Shown piece after piece: positions 1-9,231 of a stretch of DNA of 64,000 nt. Position numbers and translations under genes: made by a program. Position 1 is the first letter of the stretch. Every line of letters begins with the position of its first letter. The notes below the pieces were generated by a model that searched no databases, was not told where the DNA came from, and worked only from the letters and a program-made list of their open reading frames with translations. This DNA is from a phage, in sequence record NC_135728.1; one strand, given 5' to 3'.

Positions 1-1983
1 TTATTTGGTGTTATTCTTTGCGTCGATCAGTTCACGGTATTCAATCATAGCAGGAGTGTCCCAATATTTCAAGCCCACATGCTTCAAAAGCGGATATTTC
101 TTTTCCAATCTTGCAATATAGGCCTTCCCGCACTTGACTCGGTTAGCGATTAAGATTTTGGCACGATGATTTAGCTCACTGTGCTTCCACGCGGTGTTAC
201 CTTCCCACTTGTGGAAATGTGGCCGATAATTTCCAAAATCTTGCATGGGGATAATTTTCCCTAATTGTCTATACAGGCTGTCATATGAAGTTTCATTTGC
301 TGCGCGAGTCAGTAAGAATTGCCAGGCGTCCTCTTTCAACAAATGTTCCACATTTTTCTCTGTAACATACTGGCAATCAGGATCAGTCCAAAGCAGACGA
401 GATTCTGATACCAGGTACAGATCTTCACCTTTAGGAATCTGGAGTGCCGCACGCACACGGTCATAATTTTGCTGGTAGATGTTACTCAGCTGTCCCAGCC
501 AACAACTTCCACGTTGGATATCACCCTCATAAGGAATGCAATGCTTAATCTTCTTGAACTCTGCCTTAGTAATACGCTCACGACGGAAGTAACCATCCTT
601 CTCAAGTTTTTTAACCCAATAGCCTGGCTCATAACGAGTTTTTGTTTCACCTTTCTTGACAGGTCGGCGAGGGAGCTCTGATAACAATTTGACCGTATCT
701 GCAAAGAACGGGTGGTGTGCCGCTTCTTTAAACTCTTCCACCAGATCCGTGTTCCGGCAATAGAAAACGTTGCGTCCGGTGATCTCGCTTAAGTAGTTAC
801 ACTTATTCCGGTTATATTTGCCGTCTCCGTCGTTAAATACAAGGTATACACCTCGTAAGAACTCCGACTTTCCGTAACGAGCATAGCCTATGCGGCCCTT
901 ATTTAAGCCGCCAGCGAAAATTTCACAATCGCCTAAGTCACCAAGCCCTGTTTCTTCCCAACGGTTCCACATAAAGTTTTTGCCGAAGATGTGTCCGAAC
1001 ACACCACTATTCTTCATCATTTCACGTGCTTCTGCGGAGGTTTTTGCCGTCTCCAGTTCTGCAACAACTTCTGCCCCGCGAAGACGTATACCTTCTTTGA
1101 CAAAGGCCTCCAGGCGATCCTGGAATCCACCGTCGTCATGGCCCTCTATGGTCCATTCACGCCCAGGGTTAATATTGCAATCCCCAATAGGAATTTCCAC
1201 GCAGATTGCAGGGTAATCGGTCAATGTCTCCAGGAACTTAGAGCGGTAAGGTTGGTGACCCATCACAACACGGCTCTCATCAGAACTGGTATAACCTTTC
1301 AGGATGGTCATTTTCCAGCCATCCTTCTCGTAACGATACTGTGCCTCAACCTTGTCACCTTCTAACATCTTACTGGTCATGGGATCGGTGACGGTGAACG
1401 GAAACTTCGCATAGCGTAAGCACGATGCAATAGCAGTGCGATATTTCAGGACATGCTCTTTCTTAACATGGAACTGAACTTTTACCCCGTTGTGCTCTTC
1501 AGTCTTCCGCTCGCGGATCTTGGTAACGTTTGGGATACCCTGATCCAAGAACAATAGATATGTGCTTTCAACACCATTATGCACACTGATCACATCGAAA
1601 GTGTCCACCATGCTGAACGGAGCCTTTGAACCAACACCTTTATTACCTACCAGAGCGTTGCTGTTGCGCTTGGTTGACTCCCCGAGGTTCATGAAAGTGT
1701 TGCGGACCATCTCTTCTGACATGCCCAATCCAACGTCCTGTACAAAGAAGTATGGTTCAAGGTCTGTAGGAGAGTGAATGATGATCGGTACATCACCACG
1801 TCCAGACTCAACATGAGAGTCCACAGCATTGAAGATTGGTTCACGGCAGCTTGCCAGCACCTTATCTTCGTAAATCCCTTTAATGATTAGCCCAAAAGTC
1901 TCTTTGTTCAGAGAAATTGATCCCCTGGTGACCTCCATATTTCCGGTTAGCACTGCTTTAGTTTCATTACTGTTTACAATCAT
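1..1983 (-). CDS. GHKL-type ATPase domain protein, rIIA-like (660 aa)
   Basis: Complete ORF with stop at 1-3. N-terminal Bergerat-fold motifs: N-box REPIFNAVDS, G1 QDVGLGM, G2 GNKGVGSKA. Size and phage context fit rIIA-type proteins; homology not verified. Confidence 0.5.
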   Translation of the reverse strand: MIVNSNETKAVLTGNMEVTRGSISLNKETFGLIIKGIYEDKVLASCREPIFNAVDSHVESGRGDVPIIIHSPTDLEPYFFVQDVGLGMSEEMVRNTFMNLGESTKRNSNALVGNKGVGSKAPFSMVDTFDVISVHNGVESTYLLFLDQGIPNVTKIRERKTEEHNGVKVQFHVKKEHVLKYRTAIASCLRYAKFPFTVTDPMTSKMLEGDKVEAQYRYEKDGWKMTILKGYTSSDESRVVMGHQPYRSKFLETLTDYPAICVEIPIGDCNINPGREWTIEGHDDGGFQDRLEAFVKEGIRLRGAEVVAELETAKTSAEAREMMKNSGVFGHIFGKNFMWNRWEETGLGDLGDCEIFAGGLNKGRIGYARYGKSEFLRGVYLVFNDGDGKYNRNKCNYLSEITGRNVFYCRNTDLVEEFKEAAHHPFFADTVKLLSELPRRPVKKGETKTRYEPGYWVKKLEKDGYFRRERITKAEFKKIKHCIPYEGDIQRGSCWLGQLSNIYQQNYDRVRAALQIPKGEDLYLVSESRLLWTDPDCQYVTEKNVEHLLKEDAWQFLLTRAANETSYDSLYRQLGKIIPMQDFGNYRPHFHKWEGNTAWKHSELNHRAKILIANRVKCGKAYIARLEKKYPLLKHVGLKYWDTPAMIEYRELIDAKNNTK

Positions 1984-2480
1984 TTATTGCGCTCCTTGTA
2001 GTAGATATGGCTCCCGAATTGGGCTGTCCTCTGCATCTTTTTTGCCCATTTCGGTCGTACTTTGGTTGTATGGTAGTGTGTTGCTCCACCTGTTATGTCC
2101 ATAGCCATGTATGCAACATGGTTGTTATTATAGACCTTTAGAAGCATCTTTGCAAGACTTTTAGCGTGATCCCATGAATCTTTTTCTGTCACCTTAAAAG
2201 TTTTGCCGTGGTTTGTCCACGAAAACTGGTTAGGTTGGTAGACAATCTTTCTTATGGTGTCTGGGTATTTGGGGTGAGATTTCCTGTTTAGGGTGGCAAA
2301 CCCAGATGCCAGCATACCCATCGTGCCATCCCCTCTAGCTTCCCTGTAGATATTGCATGCTAGAATGTTTTCCTTAGTATCTGATGGCTTGCAAGTATGG
2401 TATACTTTTTGTTTTGGTGCTGCAACAACAGGCAGCGATAAAAATGCGCTCAAAATAATAGCAAAGATCTTAATTTTCAC
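1980..2480 (-). CDS. secreted cell-wall hydrolase, SleB-like (166 aa)
   Basis: N-terminal signal peptide MKIKIFAIILSAFLSLPVVAAP; NIYREARGDG motif typical of the SleB/cell wall hydrolase family; 4-nt overlap with the downstream gene. Confidence 0.6.
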   Translation of the reverse strand: MKIKIFAIILSAFLSLPVVAAPKQKVYHTCKPSDTKENILACNIYREARGDGTMGMLASGFATLNRKSHPKYPDTIRKIVYQPNQFSWTNHGKTFKVTEKDSWDHAKSLAKMLLKVYNNNHVAYMAMDITGGATHYHTTKVRPKWAKKMQRTAQFGSHIYYKERNK

Positions 2481-2486
2481 AATAAC

Positions 2487-2517
2487 TCCAAATAGAAAAT
2501 CCCCGCCGAAGCGGGGG
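2487..2517 (-). terminator. intrinsic terminator, CCCCCGC-UUCG-GCGGGG hairpin plus U-run
   Basis: Minus-sense stem-loop with UUCG tetraloop followed by AUUUUCUAUUU, directly after the stop of the 2530-2910 gene. Confidence 0.6.
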
Positions 2518-2529
2518 AGGTCTTAGAAA

Positions 2530-2910
2530 TTAATCGTAGTGTGCCAAAATCTCTCCATCGTTGCAAGTTCCCTCTACAAAGTTATGAAGATTCATGCACT
2601 CATCTTGATAGAAGAATTTACCGCTTTTCAGCCGTAAGCCAAACAACTCCGCATCTCCACGATGGCAAGCCTCTACAAGTTCATAGATTTCATACGGCAA
2701 CTCTCCGTCGTCATGGAAGAACCCAGCCTTATCGTTGACATAGATGAAGAAATAATCACTGCTGTCGCAAGCGTCCAATATTTTAAACCAGATTTCATCT
2801 ACATCTTTTTCTCGGATATCGATCACGCAAGTGGAGCTGCATTCGTACTCCTTCTCCGGCTCCTCGGTCAATACCACCAGGTAGTTTCCCCGCTTACCTA
2901 CTTTAGCCAT
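2530..2910 (-). CDS. hypothetical protein (126 aa, acidic)
   Basis: ORF in a tightly packed same-strand array. Confidence 0.5.
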   Translation of the reverse strand: MAKVGKRGNYLVVLTEEPEKEYECSSTCVIDIREKDVDEIWFKILDACDSSDYFFIYVNDKAGFFHDDGELPYEIYELVEACHRGDAELFGLRLKSGKFFYQDECMNLHNFVEGTCNDGEILAHYD

Positions 2911-2919
2911 ACAACCCCC

Positions 2920-4104
2920 TTAAGCTTTAGCCAAAATGGCGCTAAACTCTTCACCAAACTCTTTTACAATCTTCATCAGGTTTGGGTATGCTTTGATCAG
3001 CTGAGCAACAATCTTGTCACGCCCTTTGCCGATAAGCAAGGCATTTCCTAAGGCATTAGGTTTCATCATCGCCATAAAGACTGAGAATACAAAATCTCGG
3101 TTCTCGTCCTTGAAGTTTTCCCAAAGGAAATCGAGGAAGTTTGCCACGCAGCTGACAAGATCTTCGTCTGAGATACTTGCATTTTCCATCATATTACGAA
3201 TAGCGATACAACCTTCAGATCCAAGAATCCACAAAATGTCTGGCTGCTTAGGACCTACGTATTCTTTGCAACCACCTGCCATAATCCGACCGATTTCAGG
3301 TAAATTGCGTTTCTTGGTGTGGTATGTCCAGATCTCTACCGCTGCAGTGTGACCAATAGCACCTTGCAGAAGAACACGGGCCATAGCGTCAGAAATAATA
3401 CCGCTGTCAAAATCGTGCAAGATGTCAGATGCAGCAACCCAAGATCGTGGTGTGGCAAAAGATGGACAATTAATCTCAGCCATAGCCTCATAATTATCAA
3501 TAGCTGATGGAACTCTTTTCAGATACCCAATTACAGAGGAGTGAACCCCGTTGAGGAATGCGTAGTCCTCAATAAACACCTCTGCATTGCTTGTAACCTC
3601 TACAATGATAAAACGGTTAGCCAGAGGGGCTTCGAGCGCCGAAAGAACCGCACCATCTGTAGAACGGTTACCCGCAGCCACAAAAACAGAACCCTTAGGG
3701 AATGCATAGGTGCCGCACTTGTGGTCAAGCATAATTTGCATTGCAACCTTTTGCAGGTAGTTATCTGCATGAGTGAGCTCATCCAGAAAGATAATTCCGC
3801 TCCAGTCAGGATCCGCAGGCCAAAATTCTGGAATTGCAAACACTGTACGTGTAGTTCCATCCGCTTCTACAGGGATAGGTAGCCCAGATAAGTCGGCAGG
3901 ATCTTTATCTGACAGTCGCACGTCAACAAGGTTGTCATCTCGCTCACCGAACATATTATCAGCGATCTGCTTCATCACCTGGCTTTTACCCACACCCATT
4001 GGTCCCAAAATTAGGACAGATCGGCTATGACGTTGGGCAAACTGAATAATAGCTGGCAACTCACGGACAGTGATTTGACCACTTTCGAATACGTTTCTTG
4101 ACAT
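2920..4104 (-). CDS. AAA+ ATPase, MoxR-like (394 aa)
   Basis: Walker A GPMGVGKS and Walker B IIFLDEL; length and layout typical of MoxR/AAA_5 ATPases. Confidence 0.7.
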   Translation of the reverse strand: MSRNVFESGQITVRELPAIIQFAQRHSRSVLILGPMGVGKSQVMKQIADNMFGERDDNLVDVRLSDKDPADLSGLPIPVEADGTTRTVFAIPEFWPADPDWSGIIFLDELTHADNYLQKVAMQIMLDHKCGTYAFPKGSVFVAAGNRSTDGAVLSALEAPLANRFIIVEVTSNAEVFIEDYAFLNGVHSSVIGYLKRVPSAIDNYEAMAEINCPSFATPRSWVAASDILHDFDSGIISDAMARVLLQGAIGHTAAVEIWTYHTKKRNLPEIGRIMAGGCKEYVGPKQPDILWILGSEGCIAIRNMMENASISDEDLVSCVANFLDFLWENFKDENRDFVFSVFMAMMKPNALGNALLIGKGRDKIVAQLIKAYPNLMKIVKEFGEEFSAILAKA

Positions 4105-4373
4105 TAGTAAAAGTCCTCTACTTGTGTGTAAGTGTTTTCAAAGTTTTCCAAAACAGATATCACATCGAATCTGTCAATATCATACGTGACTCTCCAGTTG
4201 TACGCAACCCTTTCTGCTGTTGCCTCTTCTGGCGCTAGTCGTCTGCTGGCATAAAAGAGTGTTGGAGTACACTTTCTTGCTTGCCCTCTAACTTTCCCAT
4301 AATAATATCTGTGAATATCTTTGTCAAAATTTAACTCTTTTTCTGCACGAAGTTCATATTGCTGGTATAACAT
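4104..4373 (-). CDS. hypothetical protein (89 aa)
   Basis: ORF whose stop overlaps the start of the downstream gene. Confidence 0.45.
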   Translation of the reverse strand: MLYQQYELRAEKELNFDKDIHRYYYGKVRGQARKCTPTLFYASRRLAPEEATAERVAYNWRVTYDIDRFDVISVLENFENTYTQVEDFY

Positions 4374-4417
4374 CTCTACTACTCCTTAAGCGGCATCCTT
4401 GCCGCCATTCCTGCCCA

Positions 4418-4798
4418 CTAAAATGCAGTCCGAATCCAGACAAGGTTCTTATCTGCCCAATCATAGAGGCAAGTCATTGCACTATTGAATTGCTCACACG
4501 GAGGATAATCTTCTTCCATCTGGCGCATAGCAGAGCCTTGTGGGTAAAGCTCCCGTGCTGCAAACCACGCATCGTAGTCATCCACGGTATCGAAGTAGTA
4601 TACAACATCCTCCAACTCAGGATCGAACTTTGAACTATCAGGATCCAGTTGTTCAGGGAACTTGGAGCGTAACTTGCCAGCCACAATACTTGCCAACTCG
4701 CTAACATGCTTATTGTCCCACTCCACTAGCTTCCCGTCTTCAGTGATGCGTCCTAACCACTGATCATGAAGGTCAACTGTTGTCTTCCACTGAGCCAT
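4418..4798 (-). CDS. hypothetical protein (126 aa)
   Basis: ORF in same-strand array. Confidence 0.5.
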   Translation of the reverse strand: MAQWKTTVDLHDQWLGRITEDGKLVEWDNKHVSELASIVAGKLRSKFPEQLDPDSSKFDPELEDVVYYFDTVDDYDAWFAARELYPQGSAMRQMEEDYPPCEQFNSAMTCLYDWADKNLVWIRTAF

Positions 4799-4800
4799 TA

Positions 4801-5058
4801 TCAGTCCACCTCTTCTTCTCGTTGTAGTTCAAGATACCCGTAGGTCTGGACATCTTGAAGGGTGTGGAACTCCCCCTCTGCCGCTAAGGCACGAACAACT
4901 TGGCACAAAACCTTATGAGGAACTTCATCCAAACCTAGATTCAGTGCAGGAAACACCTTATCTAAGTCAACAAAATAAACGAACTGTAGCTCACCAGCTT
5001 CAAAAGGTGTATCTTCAATAAACATCTTCTCGGCATTAGTCAAGATCTGCACTTTCAT
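4801..5058 (-). CDS. hypothetical protein (85 aa)
   Basis: ORF in same-strand array. Confidence 0.45.
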   Translation of the reverse strand: MKVQILTNAEKMFIEDTPFEAGELQFVYFVDLDKVFPALNLGLDEVPHKVLCQVVRALAAEGEFHTLQDVQTYGYLELQREEEVD

Positions 5059-5414
5059 TATTCTACCTCCTCTTCTTTTTCTTCGGCATTAGTTTCATGG
5101 CTACTCCACTCGGGAGTTTCCACCTCGATAGTAAACTCACGCACTACACGGTAATTGCCCATGAAGCGCTCTACTTCGTCAAGGCTTATGGAGAGGCCAT
5201 TGGCAACCAGGTCTGCAGCACCCTCTTCTACCAGGTAGTCCAGATTGGCTTCCAGAGCCTCAGGTTCAAACCCTGTCAATGCAATCAGATAACCTTCCCC
5301 TTCATCAGGGAGGACAATACAGCCCAATTGATTTTCTTTAAAAAGGCAGTGACCATCATTATTGATTGGGTGTTCATTGCAGTACATAGCTGCACGATAA
5401 GTAACTTTAGACAT
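5058..5414 (-). CDS. hypothetical protein; start moved to the internal ATG (MSKVTYRA...)
   Basis: Track ORF begins at a TTG (5435); the ATG at 5414 is preceded by AAGGAGA at good spacing. The start lies inside the 29-bp inverted repeat. Confidence 0.5.
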   Translation of the reverse strand: MSKVTYRAAMYCNEHPINNDGHCLFKENQLGCIVLPDEGEGYLIALTGFEPEALEANLDYLVEEGAADLVANGLSISLDEVERFMGNYRVVREFTIEVETPEWSSHETNAEEKEEEVE

Positions 5415-5419
5415 CGGTA
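5391..5419 (-). repeat. 29-bp perfect inverted repeat, copy A (TACCGATGTCTAAAGTTACTTATCGTGCA in minus sense)
   Basis: Exact reverse-complement match to 7253-7281; spans the start codon and first 8 codons of the 5058-5414 gene. Confidence 0.85.
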
Positions 5420-5427
5420 AGGTCTCC

Positions 5428-5706
5428 TTAGGCAATTGTCATTTTACATTCTTGAAATTTTAACACAAGACGGTGATTGTGTCTAGTGTCTAAAAAGATT
5501 TTTTCAACCATCAGGCACACGGTATAACCGTCCATCTTGTTGACAACAAAATCTCCAGGATGAGGGAGGATGTCTCCCGGATTGGGGAAACATAGTCCAC
5601 TCAGAAAGGCATCGTCAGTGGTGGACTTAATAGATTTCCACACACTGTCTGCCTGAACATGTTCACCGACGTAATATACATTACCACACGCCTTCATCAT
5701 AGTCAA
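5428..5706 (-). CDS. hypothetical protein (92 aa)
   Basis: ORF with ATGA stop/start overlap to the upstream gene. Confidence 0.45.
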   Translation of the reverse strand: MTMMKACGNVYYVGEHVQADSVWKSIKSTTDDAFLSGLCFPNPGDILPHPGDFVVNKMDGYTVCLMVEKIFLDTRHNHRLVLKFQECKMTIA

Positions 5707-6602
5707 ACCCTCGCATAAATTAAACTTGTATCAGTATACTTCTTTAATGGGTAAATATCCTGTCCATAGATGCAATCATTAAACACCTCATCTACCCAAA
5801 GGCTACACTTATATCCCATCATTTCTAAAACACCCATCTCTTCTTCGGTAAACTTATCACCGCTCTTGCAAGATGTCAATACCTCATTCTGAACTCTTGC
5901 TACCTCGAAGCGGTTATTGGCAATATCGCTATTGGCGATCAAATACTCACCTAGAGGGTGTGCGGCATTAAAGATGCACAGTGGACGGCTGACGTAATAG
6001 TCTCCGGGTGTATAAAAATTGTTGAGGTCTTTCACTAGAACATTCTTATCAGTCACTTCATTTATAACATCATGCATATCGCACATCTTTATATGTTTGA
6101 GGATTCCATCCCCCATCACAAAATAAAAACTTGCTGAGACACTTTCGGCATAGATCTTACTAGATCCGTTGTAGTTGTATTTTACTCGGATGCTAACGGG
6201 GGTTTTTCCTGTCGCGTTAGCCATCATCCAAAGAAATGGCAGCTCATACTTCTCCTCTGAGGAAACAAAAGGTGAGGTAGCCAGAGATCGAAAACCTCCA
6301 GAGAAGTTGAAAGTTACAGAACCGCTCCGGCGGTATGATACCGCGTATTCTACTTTTATATCGACGTACCCATTGGAATAGGTGTGTCCTTCATTATCTA
6401 AATATGTCCACTTATCAGACCCAGATACCAATCTACGCTCAATAACCTTCATCACTACAGGAATTAGTGGGTTGGTACAAACCGCTTTTGAAGTAGCTTT
6501 ATCATCTAAAGCCTCGTAAATTGCAGAAAGGATGTCCCCAGCTGAAAGATTGGTTGTTATGTCCTGTTTCCACCGCGTACTAAAACTGTTAAGATTTGCC
6601 AT
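5703..6602 (-). CDS. hypothetical protein (299 aa)
   Basis: ORF with AGGAG RBS about 9 nt upstream of the ATG; first gene of the leftward early block. Confidence 0.55.
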   Translation of the reverse strand: MANLNSFSTRWKQDITTNLSAGDILSAIYEALDDKATSKAVCTNPLIPVVMKVIERRLVSGSDKWTYLDNEGHTYSNGYVDIKVEYAVSYRRSGSVTFNFSGGFRSLATSPFVSSEEKYELPFLWMMANATGKTPVSIRVKYNYNGSSKIYAESVSASFYFVMGDGILKHIKMCDMHDVINEVTDKNVLVKDLNNFYTPGDYYVSRPLCIFNAAHPLGEYLIANSDIANNRFEVARVQNEVLTSCKSGDKFTEEEMGVLEMMGYKCSLWVDEVFNDCIYGQDIYPLKKYTDTSLIYARV

Positions 6603-6642
6603 AAGTAAGTGCTCCTATGTTAGTTTTCTTTCGAATGGGTGC

Positions 6643-6671
6643 ACTATATTGTGGAGTTAGAGTAAAGTCAA
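6643..6671 (-). promoter_or_regulatory. sigma70-like promoter (TTGACT-17-TATAGT) for the leftward early block
   Basis: Minus-sense -35/-10 hexamers with 17-bp spacer in the divergent intergenic region. Confidence 0.45.
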
Positions 6672-6684
6672 CACGTTTTTGATG

Positions 6685-6713
6685 TTGACATCTGTTGAGA
6701 CAATTGATACGAT
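6685..6713 (+). promoter_or_regulatory. sigma70-like promoter (TTGACA-17-TACGAT) for the rightward block
   Basis: Plus-strand consensus -35 with 17-bp spacer and partial -10, back to back with the minus promoter. Confidence 0.4.
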
Positions 6714-6744
6714 TTCTTCACTTACAGAGCACGAGAGACGACTC

Positions 6745-7722
6745 ATGAATCTTGAAAAATATTATACACCAGAAGAGTTAGAGCGCTTGCTCAAAAAATA
6801 TAGACGCAAACAGAATAACGCACGGAAACGAGATATAGAGTTCGACCTGTCATGGGAAGAATACCTCCTATTTGGTAAAAAACTTTTAGGAGATGGAGTA
6901 TGCGACTATACCCTTATACCTTTTGACATGCACACAGATGAAAACGGGCTGGGAAATCCTTTCTACCCATCTCTGGAGCGGATAGATGATGAAGGTCCTT
7001 ATGCGGTTGATAACTGTTGTGTGGTGGGATTGAGATGCAACTCTCTAAAGGACTGTCTGGTAGATAAAAAGACTGCAGTCTTGATTAAAGACGAAACTGA
7101 TCGAAAAATTGTCCAGCAGATGATGCTCCACCTGAGCGAAGAGCGTATGGAGAAATTGAAAGGTGATTATACTTTTGAAGATTTCATCTTGCAATATGGA
7201 ACGGAAGAGGATAAACTAGCACTCTTTGACGAAGAAGAGGAGGAAGATATGCTACCGATGTCTAAAGTTACTTATCGTGCACCCAAGAAGCACATTTCCG
7301 ACATTGTAAACGAGCCTATCACAGAAGAGATTGAAGAAATGACGCAACAGGTGCATGAAGAGGAAAAAGAGACTCAGGAGGTCGAAGAGGAGCTTACAGA
7401 AGAGGTTCCTGCACTACCTGATGATGTTGAGATTGCCAAAGCTTACACTTTCTATTGTCAAACGTTCTACGATGTAGGTATGAAAGTTGATCTGTCGTTC
7501 AGCCAATTTAAGAGTTCGTATATTCGCAAATGCTGTGCTTTAACTGGTGAACGTCTTGGAGCTGGACTTAAACCTCTGTTGGTGACCGACTGGAATAAAG
7601 GTTTCACTAAAGGAAACTTTATGGTAGTATCTCCAATTATGGAGAAAGCTATGACAGATCTTATGAAGACCACCCGCATGACAATGACCGAGTTGGCAGG
7701 TATTTTCAAACACGTTAAATAA
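6745..7722 (+). CDS. hypothetical protein with HNH (His-Me finger)-like motifs
   Basis: Track ORF starts at TTG 6679, upstream of the predicted promoter; first ATG after it is 6745 (MNLEKYY). Motif SLERIDDEGPYAVDNCCVVGLRCNSLK plus an acidic linker; a second in-frame start (MSKVTYRA, 7258) sits in repeat copy B, so this may be two genes. Confidence 0.45.
   Translation: MNLEKYYTPEELERLLKKYRRKQNNARKRDIEFDLSWEEYLLFGKKLLGDGVCDYTLIPFDMHTDENGLGNPFYPSLERIDDEGPYAVDNCCVVGLRCNSLKDCLVDKKTAVLIKDETDRKIVQQMMLHLSEERMEKLKGDYTFEDFILQYGTEEDKLALFDEEEEEDMLPMSKVTYRAPKKHISDIVNEPITEEIEEMTQQVHEEEKETQEVEEELTEEVPALPDDVEIAKAYTFYCQTFYDVGMKVDLSFSQFKSSYIRKCCALTGERLGAGLKPLLVTDWNKGFTKGNFMVVSPIMEKAMTDLMKTTRMTMTELAGIFKHVK
7253..7281 (+). 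repeat. 29-bp perfect inverted repeat, copy B
   Basis: TACCGATGTCTAAAGTTACTTATCGTGCA on the plus strand; identical to the reverse complement of 5391-5419. Confidence 0.85.
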
Positions 7723-7734
7723 TAACAGGGGCCA

Positions 7735-9216
7735 ATGGCCCCTTCTGGAGTTTTAATGGATAGCAGAAGTTCAGAAATCATTGCCTCGCAGAAAGATGAT
7801 GCCCTGAGAATGTTGCAGGCTGCACGTATGTATCTCCTTGAAAAGCTGCCGTTCTATGGCACACTACTGTCAGGGTTGCAGTTCGTAGAAAACCACACAT
7901 GGTGCTCCACCATGGCAACCGACCATAAACGCATCTATTACAGTCCTGAGTTCATTATGGGATTGGCTGATGAACGCAAGGCTATTCTTAAGGCTTCTCT
8001 AACTGACGAGCAGTTTGAGATGGCTGAAGTTTTCTATTCCCCAAAATCTGTGAAAGAGGTGGCCTTCCTTCTGTCACATGAGGTGGGGCATATTATCTGT
8101 GATCACCTAGTCCGTGGTAAAAGCTTTGAGCCGGAACTGTTCAATATTGCTTGTGATCACGTTATCAACACAGGCCTTGTGGTTGACTTTAGCAAACCTC
8201 CTTGTGTTTTCTTCCCGAAGGGGAAAAGCACTACGTTCGTGAAAGGTAAGCCTTTTGGCTTCTTAGCCAGCTGCTACTGCGACATGAAGTTTCATGGATG
8301 GATTGCTGAGAACGTTTATGCAGTTCTTGATAAGCAAAGAGATCAGAATAACGGTAAAAGTAAGAACGGTAAAGGTGAGAACTCTCAAAGTGATAAGCGA
8401 CAAACCGATGATCACATGAGTGGGAACGGTGGCACCAGTGATAATCTTGGAAAGGCTATGGGGTATGATCAGCCACAACCTGTAATCAGCCAATCTGATA
8501 AAGATCAGGCCATGCAGGACTCTGGTGATATGCTGGAGGCAGCAATGCAAGCGTCCGGAGGCCGTTGCCCTGAGGCGGTGCGTGAGTTTGTCAAGAACAG
8601 AGGTAAACCTGTAATCAACTATATAGACATCATTAAGCAACGCATGTTGTCTAAAAGAAAGGCCGAACTGACCTACAGAAAACCTGGTCGCCGATCTGGG
8701 TCTTTGACCAGCACAATGCGAAAAGTTGGGGCTATAAACAAGAACCAGCACGTTATTGTTCCTGGTCGTAATCCGGAAAACACTATAGATATTGTGGTGG
8801 CTTTAGACGTTTCTGGCTCGATCTCTCAAAGAACTTTAAAGAAAATGTTCAATGAAATCACCGGATTGTGCAATCTGTATAAAGAGTTTAAGGTTACAAT
8901 GTTCTGTTGGTCAACTGAGGTTGGAGAGGTTAAAGTATACACTCGCGGCAACATAGACGAGATGATCAACTATGAGGTCCACTCAACATGGGGCACAACA
9001 GCTGCTTGCGTGTTCGAGTATCTGGATGCCAACATACCTAATGCAAAAGATGTCATCGTCCTGACCGACCTATACTTTGAGCATAACTTTGAACAAAAGG
9101 TTGTTGACAACAAGTGGAAAAAGTACGATACTCTATGGGTCCTCACTGAGGGGTATAATAAAAATTATATCCCGAGCTTTGGGAAAACTGTGGAATTAAT
9201 CGAGTACGCTAAGTAA
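7735..9216 (+). CDS. vWA-domain protein with N-terminal HExxH metallopeptidase-like motif (493 aa)
   Basis: HEVGHIICDH zinc-binding motif; C-terminal MIDAS-like VVALDVSGSIS; true start may be the ATG at 7756, since a hairpin overlaps 7726-7744. Confidence 0.65.
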   Translation: MAPSGVLMDSRSSEIIASQKDDALRMLQAARMYLLEKLPFYGTLLSGLQFVENHTWCSTMATDHKRIYYSPEFIMGLADERKAILKASLTDEQFEMAEVFYSPKSVKEVAFLLSHEVGHIICDHLVRGKSFEPELFNIACDHVINTGLVVDFSKPPCVFFPKGKSTTFVKGKPFGFLASCYCDMKFHGWIAENVYAVLDKQRDQNNGKSKNGKGENSQSDKRQTDDHMSGNGGTSDNLGKAMGYDQPQPVISQSDKDQAMQDSGDMLEAAMQASGGRCPEAVREFVKNRGKPVINYIDIIKQRMLSKRKAELTYRKPGRRSGSLTSTMRKVGAINKNQHVIVPGRNPENTIDIVVALDVSGSISQRTLKKMFNEITGLCNLYKEFKVTMFCWSTEVGEVKVYTRGNIDEMINYEVHSTWGTTAACVFEYLDANIPNAKDVIVLTDLYFEHNFEQKVVDNKWKKYDTLWVLTEGYNKNYIPSFGKTVELIEYAK

Positions 9217-9231
9217 GAGAGGAGGTTATTT

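Noticed and set aside
5391-7281. Possibility that the 29-bp inverted repeats bound a site-specific invertible switch
   Set aside because: No serine or tyrosine recombinase-like ORF lies inside or beside the segment, and both flanking genes read outward from the repeats, so inversion would not change a coding sequence. Kept only as a repeat of uncertain function.
8263-8751. 162-aa minus-strand ORF inside the vWA gene
   Set aside because: Antisense to a gene with clear HExxH and MIDAS motifs; hydrophobic low-complexity translation typical of mirror-strand frames.
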